Shown one piece after another: positions 19,913-29,598 of a DNA stretch of 64,000 nt; positions within the stretch are counted from its first letter, which is position 1; each line of letters starts with the position of its first letter. The DNA is from a virus. The stretch lies in the IMG/VR virus record IMGVR_UViG_3300025133_000055, positions 1 through 64,000 of that record. The stretch is one strand, 5' to 3'. A program made the position numbers and the translations under genes. The notes under the pieces were generated by a model. That model did not search any database. It was given only the letters and a program-made list of their open reading frames with translations, and was not told where the DNA came from.

Positions 19913-22900
19913 AAAAGATCCCATTTGTTGGATTACACGCGCATTCCGTAGCCGGCAGCATTTTTGATGCCCTTGGATATCCACAGGAACACATGGACTT
20001 TGCCTATGAAAACGGCATGGATGCCTTGGCATTGACTGACCATGGGAACATGAACGGCTTGCCCCATCAGGTTCTTCACGCAAAGAAGATGAAGGAGGAG
20101 GGAAAGGACTTCAAGCCCATATTCGGCATTGAAGCATATTTCTTGCCTAGTCTCGATGACTGGCGTGATGACTATGAAGCAGCCAAGGAAGATAAGAAGC
20201 GGCGCAAGGCACTAAGTAAAGATGTAACTGCAACAACGGTCGAAGATGAGGATGCATCGAAGAAGCAGGTTAGGAACATTCTTAATCGCCGGCGACACCT
20301 CATCCTGTTGGCGCAAGACCAAGAGGGATTGAGCAACCTCTTTTCGTTAATTTCTGAATCGTTTAATCCGGGAAATTATTATCGTTATCCGAGGGTTGAT
20401 TATAAACTCTTAAAAAAGTATTCTCAGGGTGTCGTGGCGGCCTCGGCCTGCCTTGGAGGCGTGTATGCTGGAAACTACTGGGAGAACCGTGACAATGGGC
20501 AAATGGCGGTCCTGGAGGCTATGCGTGAGACCACAAAAGAGATGATGGGTATCTTCGGGGATCGATGGTACGGAGAGCTTCAATGGAATAATATTCCAGA
20601 GCAACATGAACTCAATAAATATATCATCCAAATGCACGACGAGTTTGGAATCGAACTGATTTCAACCTCTGACTCACACTATCCCAATCCAGATGCATGG
20701 AAGGATCGAGAGCTTTACAAAAAGCTTGGTTGGCTTGGGAAACCAAGGCCAGGATATGAGAGTCCAGATCTTCCAGCGGGAGTTGAGGAGATTGGCTATG
20801 AGCTATACCCTCGCAATGGGAATCAGATGTGGGAAGCATATAAAAAGTACTCTGAATCTTGCGGCGTTGAGTACGACGACGACTTGGTTCTGGAATCTAT
20901 TACGAATACATATCACATCGCTCACGAGAGGATTTCTGACTTTCTACCGGATAATACTGTTCGGCTCCCCGACTTTGTTATTCCCGATGGAGAGACAGCA
21001 GACTCGGCGTTGGAGAAGTTTTGCATCGAAGGCTTACGTCGGCTTGGTTTATATACGAACGAGGAGTACACCGAGCGATTGCGAATGGAGCTTGAGGTTA
21101 TTTCAGACCGAGGCTTCTCAAAGTATTTCTTGACGATGAATCAGATCAGTGAAAAGGCAAACGAGGTTATGTTAACTGGCCCAGGCCGAGGCTCAGCCGC
21201 TGGCTCGTTGGTTGCCTATGCGCTGAATATTACACAGGTTGATCCAATCAAGTGGGACTTACAATTTGCACGGTTCCTTCGCGCCGATGCGACTGACTAT
21301 CCCGACATCGATTACGATGTTGCTGACAGCATGGTGCTTAAAGAACTTCTTATCGAAGACTGGGGAAAAGATAAAGTTGCGCCCATTTCAAACTGGAACA
21401 CACTGCAACTTAAAAGTTTAATCAAGGACATTTCAAAGTTTTACGGAATTGAATTCAGAGAAGTCAATGATGTAACTTCTGTGATGATGGTGGAAGCCAT
21501 TGGGCCGGCGAAATTGAAGCACGGCATCAAAACTGGCATTTATGCTCCAACTTTCGAAGAAGTGATGGAATTCAGCGATACTCTAAAGGTTTTCTTGGCC
21601 CGCTATCCCCACATCAAGACTCACATTGAGGCTTTATATGGTCAAGTGCGTTCCTGCTCTCGCCATGCGGGAGGGATAGTTATCGCCGAGAACTTAAACA
21701 ACAGAATGCCTCTTATTAATTCTGGTGGTGTTCGTCAAACACCTTGGAGTGAGGGGCAGAATGTTAGACACCTTGAGCCAATGGGCTTTATTAAATTTGA
21801 TGTCCTTGGCCTTTCGACCCTGAAGATGATTGACGGTGCTATTCGCCATATTCTGCGAAGACATCATAATATTGAGAATCCGACATTCGAAGATGTAAAA
21901 GACTATTACAATAAGAACTTGCATCCAGATGTTATTAACTTCGATGATCAGAAAATTTACAAAAACATTTTCCAGGCAGGGAAATGGGCTGGCATCTTTC
22001 AGTTCACCGAGACTGGGGCACAAAGATTCTGTCAACAAGTCAAGCCGACAAGCTTGATCGATCTCGCTGCTGTTACTTCTATCTATCGTCCAGGCCCATT
22101 GGGCGCCAATGTTCATAATGATTACGTCCGGGCCAGGGAAAACCCACACCGGCTCAAATTTATTAATGAAGAACACAGGTCTGTCACCGAGGAGACCTCA
22201 GGCTTCCTTATTTTCCAGGAGCAAATTGCGCTGTTGGCTCACAAGCTTGGAAAGGATCTCTCTCTCGATGAGGGAAATGCCTTGCGCAAGGTTCTAACCA
22301 AGAAAGGAACAGGCAAAGAGGCAAAGGTTAAGAAGGCTTTGAAATCAAAGTTTCTTAAAGGCTGCATTGAAAAGGGCTTGAAGAAGACAACTGGTGAAAG
22401 ATTCTGGGAAACCTTTGAGTACTTCTCTGGTTATGGATTTAATAAGTCTCACGCCGTATCATATTGTATTCTATCTTACCAATGCGCTTGGTTACTTAAT
22501 TATTATCAGGTTGAGTGGCTCGCTGCATTTTTGGACAAAGAACCCGAGACGAGAAAAGAAAAGGCAATTGGCATCGCAAAGTCTTTTGGTTTGGGAATAA
22601 AGGGCCTTGATATTAATTCTTCCGGTAGAGTTTGGGAAATTTCAGAGGATGGGACGAGGTTAATTCAACCGTTGTCTTCAATCAAGGGATTGGGTGATGC
22701 AGCAATCGATCAGATCACTGCCAACAGACCATTCGCAAATGTCGAAGAGTTTTTGTTCAATGAAGATATCATTTATTCAAAGTTGAATAAGAAGAGTCTA
22801 GATGTTCTTTGCAGAAGTGGAACACTCAACGGCCTGATCGATGATAGGTTCACGGGAGGTAAGCATTTCTGGTCTGCCATTTGTGTTGATCGGCCGAGGA

Positions 22901-23328
22901 AAGAACAGAACCTCATTGATAATATTGGACTATACTCTCCGGAGGGAGACTTCTCCGATGAGGAAAAGATTGGATATCTTGTTGAACTAACTGGAGTATT
23001 TCCATTCAATAAGGTTATGAAACCGGAGATTTATAATCAGTTGAGTGAGGCCTCTATTCCGGCGATTGCGAATTATGATCCTAGACTATGTGAGTGTGTT
23101 TGGTTCATTCCGAGAAGAGTTGTCCCAAAGAAGACAAAGAACGGGAAGCCATATTGGATTATTGAGGTTGTTGATGATACAAATGCTTTAACAAAAATTC
23201 GTTGCTGGGGAGTCAAAGACCACGATAGAATTCATGTTAATAAGCCATATATGGCAAAGTTAGAGTATAATGAGAAGTGGGGATTTTCAACTCGAAGTCT
23301 CCGAAGAAATTTTAGAATCTTGGCATAG
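19909..23328 (+). CDS. dnaE: DNA polymerase III alpha subunit
   Basis: PHP domain LHAHS/ALTDHG, GPGRGSAAGS, PDIDYD, KFDVLGL, YGFNKSHA. Confidence 0.95.
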   Translation: MKKIPFVGLHAHSVAGSIFDALGYPQEHMDFAYENGMDALALTDHGNMNGLPHQVLHAKKMKEEGKDFKPIFGIEAYFLPSLDDWRDDYEAAKEDKKRRKALSKDVTATTVEDEDASKKQVRNILNRRRHLILLAQDQEGLSNLFSLISESFNPGNYYRYPRVDYKLLKKYSQGVVAASACLGGVYAGNYWENRDNGQMAVLEAMRETTKEMMGIFGDRWYGELQWNNIPEQHELNKYIIQMHDEFGIELISTSDSHYPNPDAWKDRELYKKLGWLGKPRPGYESPDLPAGVEEIGYELYPRNGNQMWEAYKKYSESCGVEYDDDLVLESITNTYHIAHERISDFLPDNTVRLPDFVIPDGETADSALEKFCIEGLRRLGLYTNEEYTERLRMELEVISDRGFSKYFLTMNQISEKANEVMLTGPGRGSAAGSLVAYALNITQVDPIKWDLQFARFLRADATDYPDIDYDVADSMVLKELLIEDWGKDKVAPISNWNTLQLKSLIKDISKFYGIEFREVNDVTSVMMVEAIGPAKLKHGIKTGIYAPTFEEVMEFSDTLKVFLARYPHIKTHIEALYGQVRSCSRHAGGIVIAENLNNRMPLINSGGVRQTPWSEGQNVRHLEPMGFIKFDVLGLSTLKMIDGAIRHILRRHHNIENPTFEDVKDYYNKNLHPDVINFDDQKIYKNIFQAGKWAGIFQFTETGAQRFCQQVKPTSLIDLAAVTSIYRPGPLGANVHNDYVRARENPHRLKFINEEHRSVTEETSGFLIFQEQIALLAHKLGKDLSLDEGNALRKVLTKKGTGKEAKVKKALKSKFLKGCIEKGLKKTTGERFWETFEYFSGYGFNKSHAVSYCILSYQCAWLLNYYQVEWLAAFLDKEPETRKEKAIGIAKSFGLGIKGLDINSSGRVWEISEDGTRLIQPLSSIKGLGDAAIDQITANRPFANVEEFLFNEDIIYSKLNKKSLDVLCRSGTLNGLIDDRFTGGKHFWSAICVDRPRKEQNLIDNIGLYSPEGDFSDEEKIGYLVELTGVFPFNKVMKPEIYNQLSEASIPAIANYDPRLCECVWFIPRRVVPKKTKNGKPYWIIEVVDDTNALTKIRCWGVKDHDRIHVNKPYMAKLEYNEKWGFSTRSLRRNFRILA

Positions 23329-23336
23329 GAGAGCAA

Positions 23337-24338
23337 GTGTCTTTATTTGTTGATGTAATCGTTGGCGTCCAATACGGTGACGAGGGGAAAGGAAAGGTTA
23401 CTCACCACCTTTTAAAAGATGGGGATTATACACACTGTGTCCGTTACAACGGTGGATGCAATGCTGGTCATACTATTTACCATAATGGTGAAAAGTTTGT
23501 GACGCACCACATTCCAGCCGGCGTGTTCTTTGGTGTGAAAAGCATCATCGGGCCCGGTTGTGTTGTTGATGTTCACAAGTTCTTTGCAGAGATTAAAATG
23601 CTCAAAGAAGCTGGTATAGATGTAACTAACAAAATATACATTGCGAGAAACGCCCACATGATAAAAGATGAACACTGTGAGGCCGACCGCAAAGAGACAA
23701 AGCTCGGCACAACAAGGACTGGCAATGGCCCCTGTTATGGGGATAAGTACGGCAGAAATGGGATGAGGGCAGAGAACTTATCAGTGCTTGAAGACTATCT
23801 TATAGATATGTATGAGGAGTTTTATTTTCATAATCCTGATGCCATTGTTCTTTGTGAGGGCGCCCAAGGATTTGGGCTTGACATCGATTGGGGAGACTAC
23901 CCCTACGTTACGAGCAGTCATTGCACGAGCGCCGGCGCACTGTTGAATGGGTTCCCTCCGCAGTCCGTAAGGAGGGTCTATGGTGTAGCGAAAGCATACG
24001 AAACCTATGTTGGTTCAAAAACCTTCCAGCCCAAAAATCCCATATTTGAAACTTTACAAGAAGCGGGACAAGAATATGGAGCCACGACGGGAAGGAAAAG
24101 GCAGTGTGACTGGATGAGCTTGCACGATTTGGAAAAGGCAACACAGCTAAATGGAGTTACTGATTTGATTATCAACAAGATGGATGTGCTCCAAGAGGTC
24201 GGCTCTTGGAAAGTTTATGTTGATAGAGGAAAGTATAGTTTGTTTTCTTTTCAAGATAAAGAGGAGTTTTGTGATTTTATTAAAGTTTATTTTAAAGATG
24301 TAAATGTCACTTTTTCTGACAATCCGCATACCATTTGA
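23337..24338 (+). CDS. purA: adenylosuccinate synthetase (short form)
   Basis: QYGDEGKGK, GGCNAGHT, EGAQG, YPYVTSS, GATTGRKR, NKMD. Confidence 0.92.
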   Translation: MSLFVDVIVGVQYGDEGKGKVTHHLLKDGDYTHCVRYNGGCNAGHTIYHNGEKFVTHHIPAGVFFGVKSIIGPGCVVDVHKFFAEIKMLKEAGIDVTNKIYIARNAHMIKDEHCEADRKETKLGTTRTGNGPCYGDKYGRNGMRAENLSVLEDYLIDMYEEFYFHNPDAIVLCEGAQGFGLDIDWGDYPYVTSSHCTSAGALLNGFPPQSVRRVYGVAKAYETYVGSKTFQPKNPIFETLQEAGQEYGATTGRKRQCDWMSLHDLEKATQLNGVTDLIINKMDVLQEVGSWKVYVDRGKYSLFSFQDKEEFCDFIKVYFKDVNVTFSDNPHTI

Positions 24339-24363
24339 GAAAAACAGACATAGTTACCCGTAG

Positions 24364-24528
24364 ATGGGTAAAGAGTGTACCAATTGCGAGGAACTGAAGA
24401 GAGAGATAAAAGATCTCCGAAGAAGGCTGGAAGAAGCTCAAAAGAATTTGCAACAAGCAAAAATTCAAAGAGATGCTATAAAGTCTGTTCTAAATATTTA
24501 TCGCGATTGGGGAAGGTTACCAGAATAG
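24364..24528 (+). CDS. 54-aa coiled-coil protein (not in ORF track)
   Basis: MGKECTNCEELKREIKDLRRRLEEAQKNLQQAK... Confidence 0.5.
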   Translation: MGKECTNCEELKREIKDLRRRLEEAQKNLQQAKIQRDAIKSVLNIYRDWGRLPE

Positions 24529-24539
24529 GGAACTTTAAT

Positions 24540-24758
24540 ATGGAATGTTTGGACCTACACGGAATACATTATGATGAGGCTGAGTTTATTATAGAGAAGT
24601 TTATATCAGATAATTTTGATAGGCTTCCAATAAAAATAATAAGCGGACATTCCAGAGCCTTTTCTGATCTCATCAAAGAGGTTGTCGATTGTCACGATCT
24701 TGAGTGTCACAAAGAAATGTGGTTCAACGACGGCTGCTGGGTAATCACAGATTTTTAA
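24540..24758 (+). CDS. stand-alone Smr domain protein
   Basis: LDLHG...IISGHS; start reassigned from 24375. Confidence 0.7.
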   Translation: MECLDLHGIHYDEAEFIIEKFISDNFDRLPIKIISGHSRAFSDLIKEVVDCHDLECHKEMWFNDGCWVITDF

Positions 24759-24767
24759 AAATAATGC

Positions 24768-24796
24768 TTGACAACAAGCGATAAAAATGTTATATT
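24768..24796 (+). promoter_or_regulatory. sigma70-type promoter of the endonuclease-methylase pair
   Basis: TTGACA-N17-TATATT with TG. Confidence 0.65.
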
Positions 24797-24819
24797 ATAT
24801 AGAGAAAGGGGAGTTTGCT

Positions 24820-25650
24820 TTGCTAAGTGAGAATTGTGTGAAGAAGAGTGCAGGCGAGAAAGGAAGATCCGAAGGGTATGACTATGAGAGGCAACTTGTG
24901 GATGCCTTCAATAATATTATTCCCGGCATTGCAACTGAAGCACAGCAGTCTGTGTTGTCTAAGTTTGAACGAAGGACGATATCGAAGGCAGATATCAATG
25001 TCGCCGGACAACCGGTAAGCATCAAGAATCCGGGAAGATCTAGCTCTTCTATTCAAATTATGGTAACCGCAGCGGAGAACTTTTTCCTTTCTCTTGGTGT
25101 GAGTCCGGAAACGATGAACGCTTTTAATTTGTTTTTTGGCTTGGGAGACGGCTTCTCTAGCCTTCTGGAGGAGAACTCTATCGATAGACACACCTTGGAT
25201 TGGGACAGTGAGTCTCGCCGCCAAAGGTTGAAATATGGTAGCCTACCGCAGGATTCACAGGATTCTCTTTTATCTTTTCTCAACAAAAACAAGAGAGAAA
25301 TTGTAGAGGTTGTATTTTCTCATGGGTGGGCAAAAGATTCCGAATATCATGCAAGTAAGATGATTTGGTGCAATTCGTCTGTCTCTGGAAAGAGTAATGT
25401 AGACAATCTATGTCTCTTCGATATGGAAGAGGTGATTGATAAAATCTGCCAATATGAGTGGAGTGTTCGACCCAGCGAAACGGTGGTTGAACTGGGTCCG
25501 CTGACTCTCCAAATGAAGGGGTCGGGAAAGGGCAAGTCATATCACTATCCGCAGTTCAACACTTCTCTTAACGATTTGCGAAAATTTGGAATCAATTGTG
25601 TTGAGGGGGATTACAAACAAATACTAGAAACCATCGCGGGGTCAAATTGA
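24820..25650 (+). CDS. putative type II restriction endonuclease (PD-(D/E)xK, HinP1I/MspI-like)
   Basis: GYDYE, KADI, VSIK, LTLQMKGSG...QF; coupled to a C5 methylase; TTG start after GGGGAG. Confidence 0.6.
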   Translation: MLSENCVKKSAGEKGRSEGYDYERQLVDAFNNIIPGIATEAQQSVLSKFERRTISKADINVAGQPVSIKNPGRSSSSIQIMVTAAENFFLSLGVSPETMNAFNLFFGLGDGFSSLLEENSIDRHTLDWDSESRRQRLKYGSLPQDSQDSLLSFLNKNKREIVEVVFSHGWAKDSEYHASKMIWCNSSVSGKSNVDNLCLFDMEEVIDKICQYEWSVRPSETVVELGPLTLQMKGSGKGKSYHYPQFNTSLNDLRKFGINCVEGDYKQILETIAGSN

Positions 25651-26759
25651 AAGCATTATCTCTATTTGCAAATGTGGGTATCGGAGAGACTTATTTTTCC
25701 GAAGTTGGGATAGAGGTGGTAGTTGCCAATGAGTTGGAAAAAGATCGAGCAGAGTTTTATCAGGAGCTATATCCAAAGTCCAAGATGATACATGGCTCTA
25801 TTGTAGATTCGGAAGTTTATGAAAGAGTCATCGAGGAAGCCAAGAATCATAATGTTGAATTAATTTTTGCAACCCCACCCTGCCAAGGTATGAGCATCGC
25901 CAATGCCAAACGCGCAGAGAGAGATGATCCTCGAAATTCTTTAATTAAAAGAGTAGTTGGTGCGGTGCATGAATTGAATCCTAAGTATGTTTTGATTGAA
26001 AATGTGGCGGGAATGGCTAGTGAAAAAACTTTCATCTTGGATAATTCTGGTAACCAGACAAATATTATGCCCTATATTGAGTCAGAACTTGGCGATAAAT
26101 ATGAAGTGAGGTATAAGGTGCTTAATGCCGCCGACTTCGAGACTCCACACTACAGGAAGAGACTGATTACTTTATTGTCTAGAAAAGACTGCGAACTGTG
26201 GGAGCATCCTGTTCCCAACGAAGACCACATAACAGTTCGAGATGTCATCGGCGACTATCCTTCTTTAGAGTCTGGACAATCTTCGCCTATCAAGTGGCAC
26301 TCAATGGAGCATAAGATTCATAATGGCAACCACATCGAATGGATCTCGAATACCCCCACGGGCAAATCAGCTTTCGATAACGAAGTCCACTATCCAAAGA
26401 CCATCGATAAAGAGACTGGGCTATTGAGGAGAATCAAAGGCTTCAAGACAACCTATAAGCGTATCGATTGGGACAGGCCAGCACCTACTGTAACAATGAT
26501 GAACGGTAGTATTAATAGTCAAAACAATTGCCATCCCGGAACCAAAAAAGAAGACGGCACATATTCAGATGCAAGAGTCCTGACCATCAAAGAATTGTTA
26601 GCTGTCGTTGGCTTGCCTCTTGATTGGGTCGACCATTTGGATCATACACAGAAGAGGGAAAACTTCTTGAGAAAAGTAATTGGAGAATGTTTCCCACCCA
26701 AGATGTCTCTAAACATCGTAAAAGTAATTCCAGCAAAAAAATACCTTGACATAGAATAG
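25647..26759 (+). CDS. C5-cytosine DNA methyltransferase
   Basis: SLFANVG, TPPCQG, ENV, RKR, RVLTIKE, IGECFPP. Confidence 0.92.
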   Translation: MKALSLFANVGIGETYFSEVGIEVVVANELEKDRAEFYQELYPKSKMIHGSIVDSEVYERVIEEAKNHNVELIFATPPCQGMSIANAKRAERDDPRNSLIKRVVGAVHELNPKYVLIENVAGMASEKTFILDNSGNQTNIMPYIESELGDKYEVRYKVLNAADFETPHYRKRLITLLSRKDCELWEHPVPNEDHITVRDVIGDYPSLESGQSSPIKWHSMEHKIHNGNHIEWISNTPTGKSAFDNEVHYPKTIDKETGLLRRIKGFKTTYKRIDWDRPAPTVTMMNGSINSQNNCHPGTKKEDGTYSDARVLTIKELLAVVGLPLDWVDHLDHTQKRENFLRKVIGECFPPKMSLNIVKVIPAKKYLDIE

Positions 26760-26774
26760 ATAATGAGTTATAAT
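26746..26774 (+). promoter_or_regulatory. sigma70-type promoter
   Basis: TTGACA-N17-TATAAT. Confidence 0.7.
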
Positions 26775-26807
26775 ATAAGAACAAAACAAACAATAGGAGT
26801 CACTACC

Positions 26808-27119
26808 ATGATGAGTGGTTATGAAATTTTTGAAAATGTAGTTGGAATTCATGCAGAGGAAAATGATGAGGAGGTGAACATAAAAGAGCAGAAGATGCTT
26901 GAGTATGTTCGTAGTCTCAAAACTCTAGAAGATGCGATGGAGCCTTACAAAGAACAAAAGCGAGAACTCAAGAAAGAGTTTAAGGATCAGGGCTGGTTGT
27001 CCGGAGATGAAATCTCGATGACGGTAAAGGCCTATCGCATGATGAGCACAAAAGACTTTGACTTCGATGAATTTACACAAGTTTATGAATCACTTGCCAA
27101 AGTGGCGGGGAAGATATAA
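26808..27119 (+). CDS. dsDNA-binding protein (T4 DsbA/GapR-like)
   Basis: Helical LEYVRSLKTLEDAMEPYKEQKRELKKEFKDQG pattern; start after the SD. Confidence 0.55.
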   Translation: MMSGYEIFENVVGIHAEENDEEVNIKEQKMLEYVRSLKTLEDAMEPYKEQKRELKKEFKDQGWLSGDEISMTVKAYRMMSTKDFDFDEFTQVYESLAKVAGKI

Positions 27120-27658
27120 TGATTTTAGAATATTTTAGAACACGAGGGGATGCCGTCCCCCCAAGCCGAGCTAACCCCTCGGACGCTGGACTGGATGTTC
27201 ATTTTAATCCAGACGACGGAGAAATAAAAGGAGTTTACCTTGAGCCAGGAGAGAGCAAGTTGTTCTCAACAGGCTTGAAATTCGGAGTACCTCACGGTTA
27301 CATGTTGGAGGTCAAGAACCGCAGTGGCAACGCCTCCAAGCGCAGCCTCCTTGTCGGAGCCTGTGTCATTGACTCCGGTTATGACGGGGAAGTTTTTGTT
27401 AATTTACACAATGTTGGTATAGAAACACAATTCATTGAGCGAGGAATGAAGATTGCACAGATCGTAATGGTGCCAGTGGTCCACTTCCGAGCCCTTGAGA
27501 CTTCAAAGGATAATCTATATGATTGGTATCCCATTAGCATGAGCGACCGAGGCGATGGTGCACTCGGCTCGACGGACGGAGGTACCGCTGGATCCTCCAT
27601 TGATCCTTTCGAGGCTCATCCTAGTTCTAGAACTTGGGAAATGGGAGACGAACTATGA
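27119..27658 (+). CDS. dut: trimeric dUTPase
   Basis: AGLD, NRSG, VIDSGYDGE, IAQ, RGDGALGST. Confidence 0.93.
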   Translation: MILEYFRTRGDAVPPSRANPSDAGLDVHFNPDDGEIKGVYLEPGESKLFSTGLKFGVPHGYMLEVKNRSGNASKRSLLVGACVIDSGYDGEVFVNLHNVGIETQFIERGMKIAQIVMVPVVHFRALETSKDNLYDWYPISMSDRGDGALGSTDGGTAGSSIDPFEAHPSSRTWEMGDEL

Positions 27659-28149
27659 AGGGGGGTGAGTTAAAAACAATGTTTTCCTCCAAAACTCCCG
27701 AATGGGGAACACCGCAAGCATTCTTCGACAAACTTAATAAGAAATATAATTTCACTCTCGATCCTTGTGGAAATAAGAGCAATCATAAGTGTGCTAAATA
27801 TTTCTCAGTGGAAGAAGACGGGCTCAGTCAGGACTGGGGAGGGCATAAAGTATTTATGAATCCTCCGTATGGGAGGGTGATTAAGGAGTGGATCCATAAA
27901 GCACATGAAGAAAGTCTAAAAAGAAACACTACGGTTGTGTGCTTGATACCAGCCCGAACCGATACGAAATACTGGCACGATTATTGTATGAAACATGCTA
28001 AAGAGATTCACTTTGTCAAGGGTCGTCTGAAATTCGAGGGCACTTCAAATAACTCTGCACCCTTTCCATCGGCTGTTGTAGTATTTAGTTCAGGAAGGAA
28101 GTATGTTTTCGGCCATTACCCAATGATATATACGATGGAGAGAAAATGA
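27655..28149 (+). CDS. phage N6-adenine DNA methyltransferase
   Basis: WGTPQ, FTLDPC, NPPYG, PARTDT, GRLKF. Confidence 0.9.
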   Translation: MKGGELKTMFSSKTPEWGTPQAFFDKLNKKYNFTLDPCGNKSNHKCAKYFSVEEDGLSQDWGGHKVFMNPPYGRVIKEWIHKAHEESLKRNTTVVCLIPARTDTKYWHDYCMKHAKEIHFVKGRLKFEGTSNNSAPFPSAVVVFSSGRKYVFGHYPMIYTMERK

Positions 28150-29186
28150 AGATACGACAGTGTTTATCTTATGACGATGTTCTTCTCGCGCCTCAGTATT
28201 CTGGAGTTACAACGAGAAGAGAGGTAAGCATTGGCTCGGGCCTGGATTCGGATTTCCACTTTAGTTTGCCCATCATTTCTTCTCCGATGGATACGATTAC
28301 CGAAGCCGAGATGTGCGTGTCTATGGCAAGTTATGGTGGCTTGGGAATCATTCATCGATATAATTCAATTGAAGATCAGGTTGCTATTGTAAAGAAAGCC
28401 AAAGAGGTTTTAGAAAAACATGGAAGCCCTCCCATCGCAGCCGCCGTGGGGATAAGCGATGATTACTTAGAGAGAGCATCGGAACTTTATAATCACGGCG
28501 TCCGTGTCTTTTGTTTGGATGTGGCCCACGGCCACCATGTTTTAATGGAAGGTGCCCTCCATGCCATCAAGTCTCGCTTCACGGATGCTCACATCATGGC
28601 AGGGAACGTGGCCACAAAGGGAGCATTCGAGGATCTCGCTTATTGGGGGGCGAATTCTATTCGAGTTGGAATAGGGGGAGGCTCCATCTGCTCTACCAGA
28701 CTTCAAACTGGTCATGGAATTCCCACTCTTCAGTCCATCATAGATTGTTCCCATGCGGATATTAGGTGGGAAGTGTCAATGATTGCTGATGGTGGTATAA
28801 GAACCAGCGGAGATATTGTGAAGGCACTCGCCGCCGGCGCAAACTTTGTTATGCTCGGATCCTTATTGGCTGGAACTTCGCAGACACCAGGGAATATTAT
28901 GACTGGTGCCTCCGGGAAGAAATACAAGGCTTATCGAGGAATGGCCAGCAAGGAAGCCCAGTATGATTGGAGGGGAAGGCATAGTTCGAACGAGGGGATC
29001 TCAACAACAGTTCCCTATCGAGGCAGCGTCATTGAGATCTTACATGATTTAATCGGAGGAATTAAGAGCGGCCTTTCTTATTCTGGCGCCAAAGATATTT
29101 ATGAACTTCAAGCGAAGGCCGAGTTTGTTTTACAAACTGGTGCTGGTCAGGCAGAGAGTGGCACACATATTTTGGGAAGAAAGTAA
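28146..29186 (+). CDS. IMP dehydrogenase/GMP reductase family (no CBS domains)
   Basis: SSPMDT, DVAHG, GIGGGSICSTR, ADGG, YRGMAS. Confidence 0.9.
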   Translation: MKIRQCLSYDDVLLAPQYSGVTTRREVSIGSGLDSDFHFSLPIISSPMDTITEAEMCVSMASYGGLGIIHRYNSIEDQVAIVKKAKEVLEKHGSPPIAAAVGISDDYLERASELYNHGVRVFCLDVAHGHHVLMEGALHAIKSRFTDAHIMAGNVATKGAFEDLAYWGANSIRVGIGGGSICSTRLQTGHGIPTLQSIIDCSHADIRWEVSMIADGGIRTSGDIVKALAAGANFVMLGSLLAGTSQTPGNIMTGASGKKYKAYRGMASKEAQYDWRGRHSSNEGISTTVPYRGSVIEILHDLIGGIKSGLSYSGAKDIYELQAKAEFVLQTGAGQAESGTHILGRK

Positions 29187-29516
29187 ATGTCAGATTACGG
29201 GAAGAGAGACAAAAGAATATCTTTTATGGATACAGACAAAAGAAGTGCAGATTTAATGATACGTTTAAAGCACGACGGACTAACTAAGACAAAGTTCTTT
29301 AGAATACTTCTAACGGGCTATTTAGAGAGGGACCATTCTATTGTTGAATTTATTGAAAGATTTAAAGAGAACACAGGAATACAAAGCAAAGCTAAGGCAA
29401 AGATTGTCAAAGATCTTGAAGAAAGGGGCGACCAAAATAAGAGAAAGTTTGGATTGGAAGATAGTGAAATAGAGAGTATTTTTGATATACTTGAGAAAGA
29501 GCATCCTGATTTATAA
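29187..29516 (+). CDS. hypothetical protein
   Basis: 109-aa ORF abutting the previous stop. Confidence 0.6.
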   Translation: MSDYGKRDKRISFMDTDKRSADLMIRLKHDGLTKTKFFRILLTGYLERDHSIVEFIERFKENTGIQSKAKAKIVKDLEERGDQNKRKFGLEDSEIESIFDILEKEHPDL

Positions 29517-29542
29517 ATTTCGTGGTTTTTTAGAATTCAAGG

Positions 29543-29553
29543 AACTATTTATA
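29543..29553 (+). promoter_or_regulatory. putative phage late promoter motif
   Basis: AACTATTTATA. Confidence 0.6.
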
Positions 29554-29598
29554 AATGTAAAAACTGCTACTTTTGTGGATTTTTGAGGAGAACATACT

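Noticed and set aside
19909-23328. Inteins or introns in dnaE, nrdJ, recA or the helicase
   Set aside because: Lengths are normal and the motifs are contiguous; no intein or LAGLIDADG signatures were seen.
23337-24338. Possible PurZ (2-aminoadenine genome) given a PurA homologue and a family-A polymerase
   Set aside because: The motif is GDEGKG with the catalytic Asp of canonical PurA; PurZ has Ser there. No dATPase/MazZ-like neighbour was recognised.
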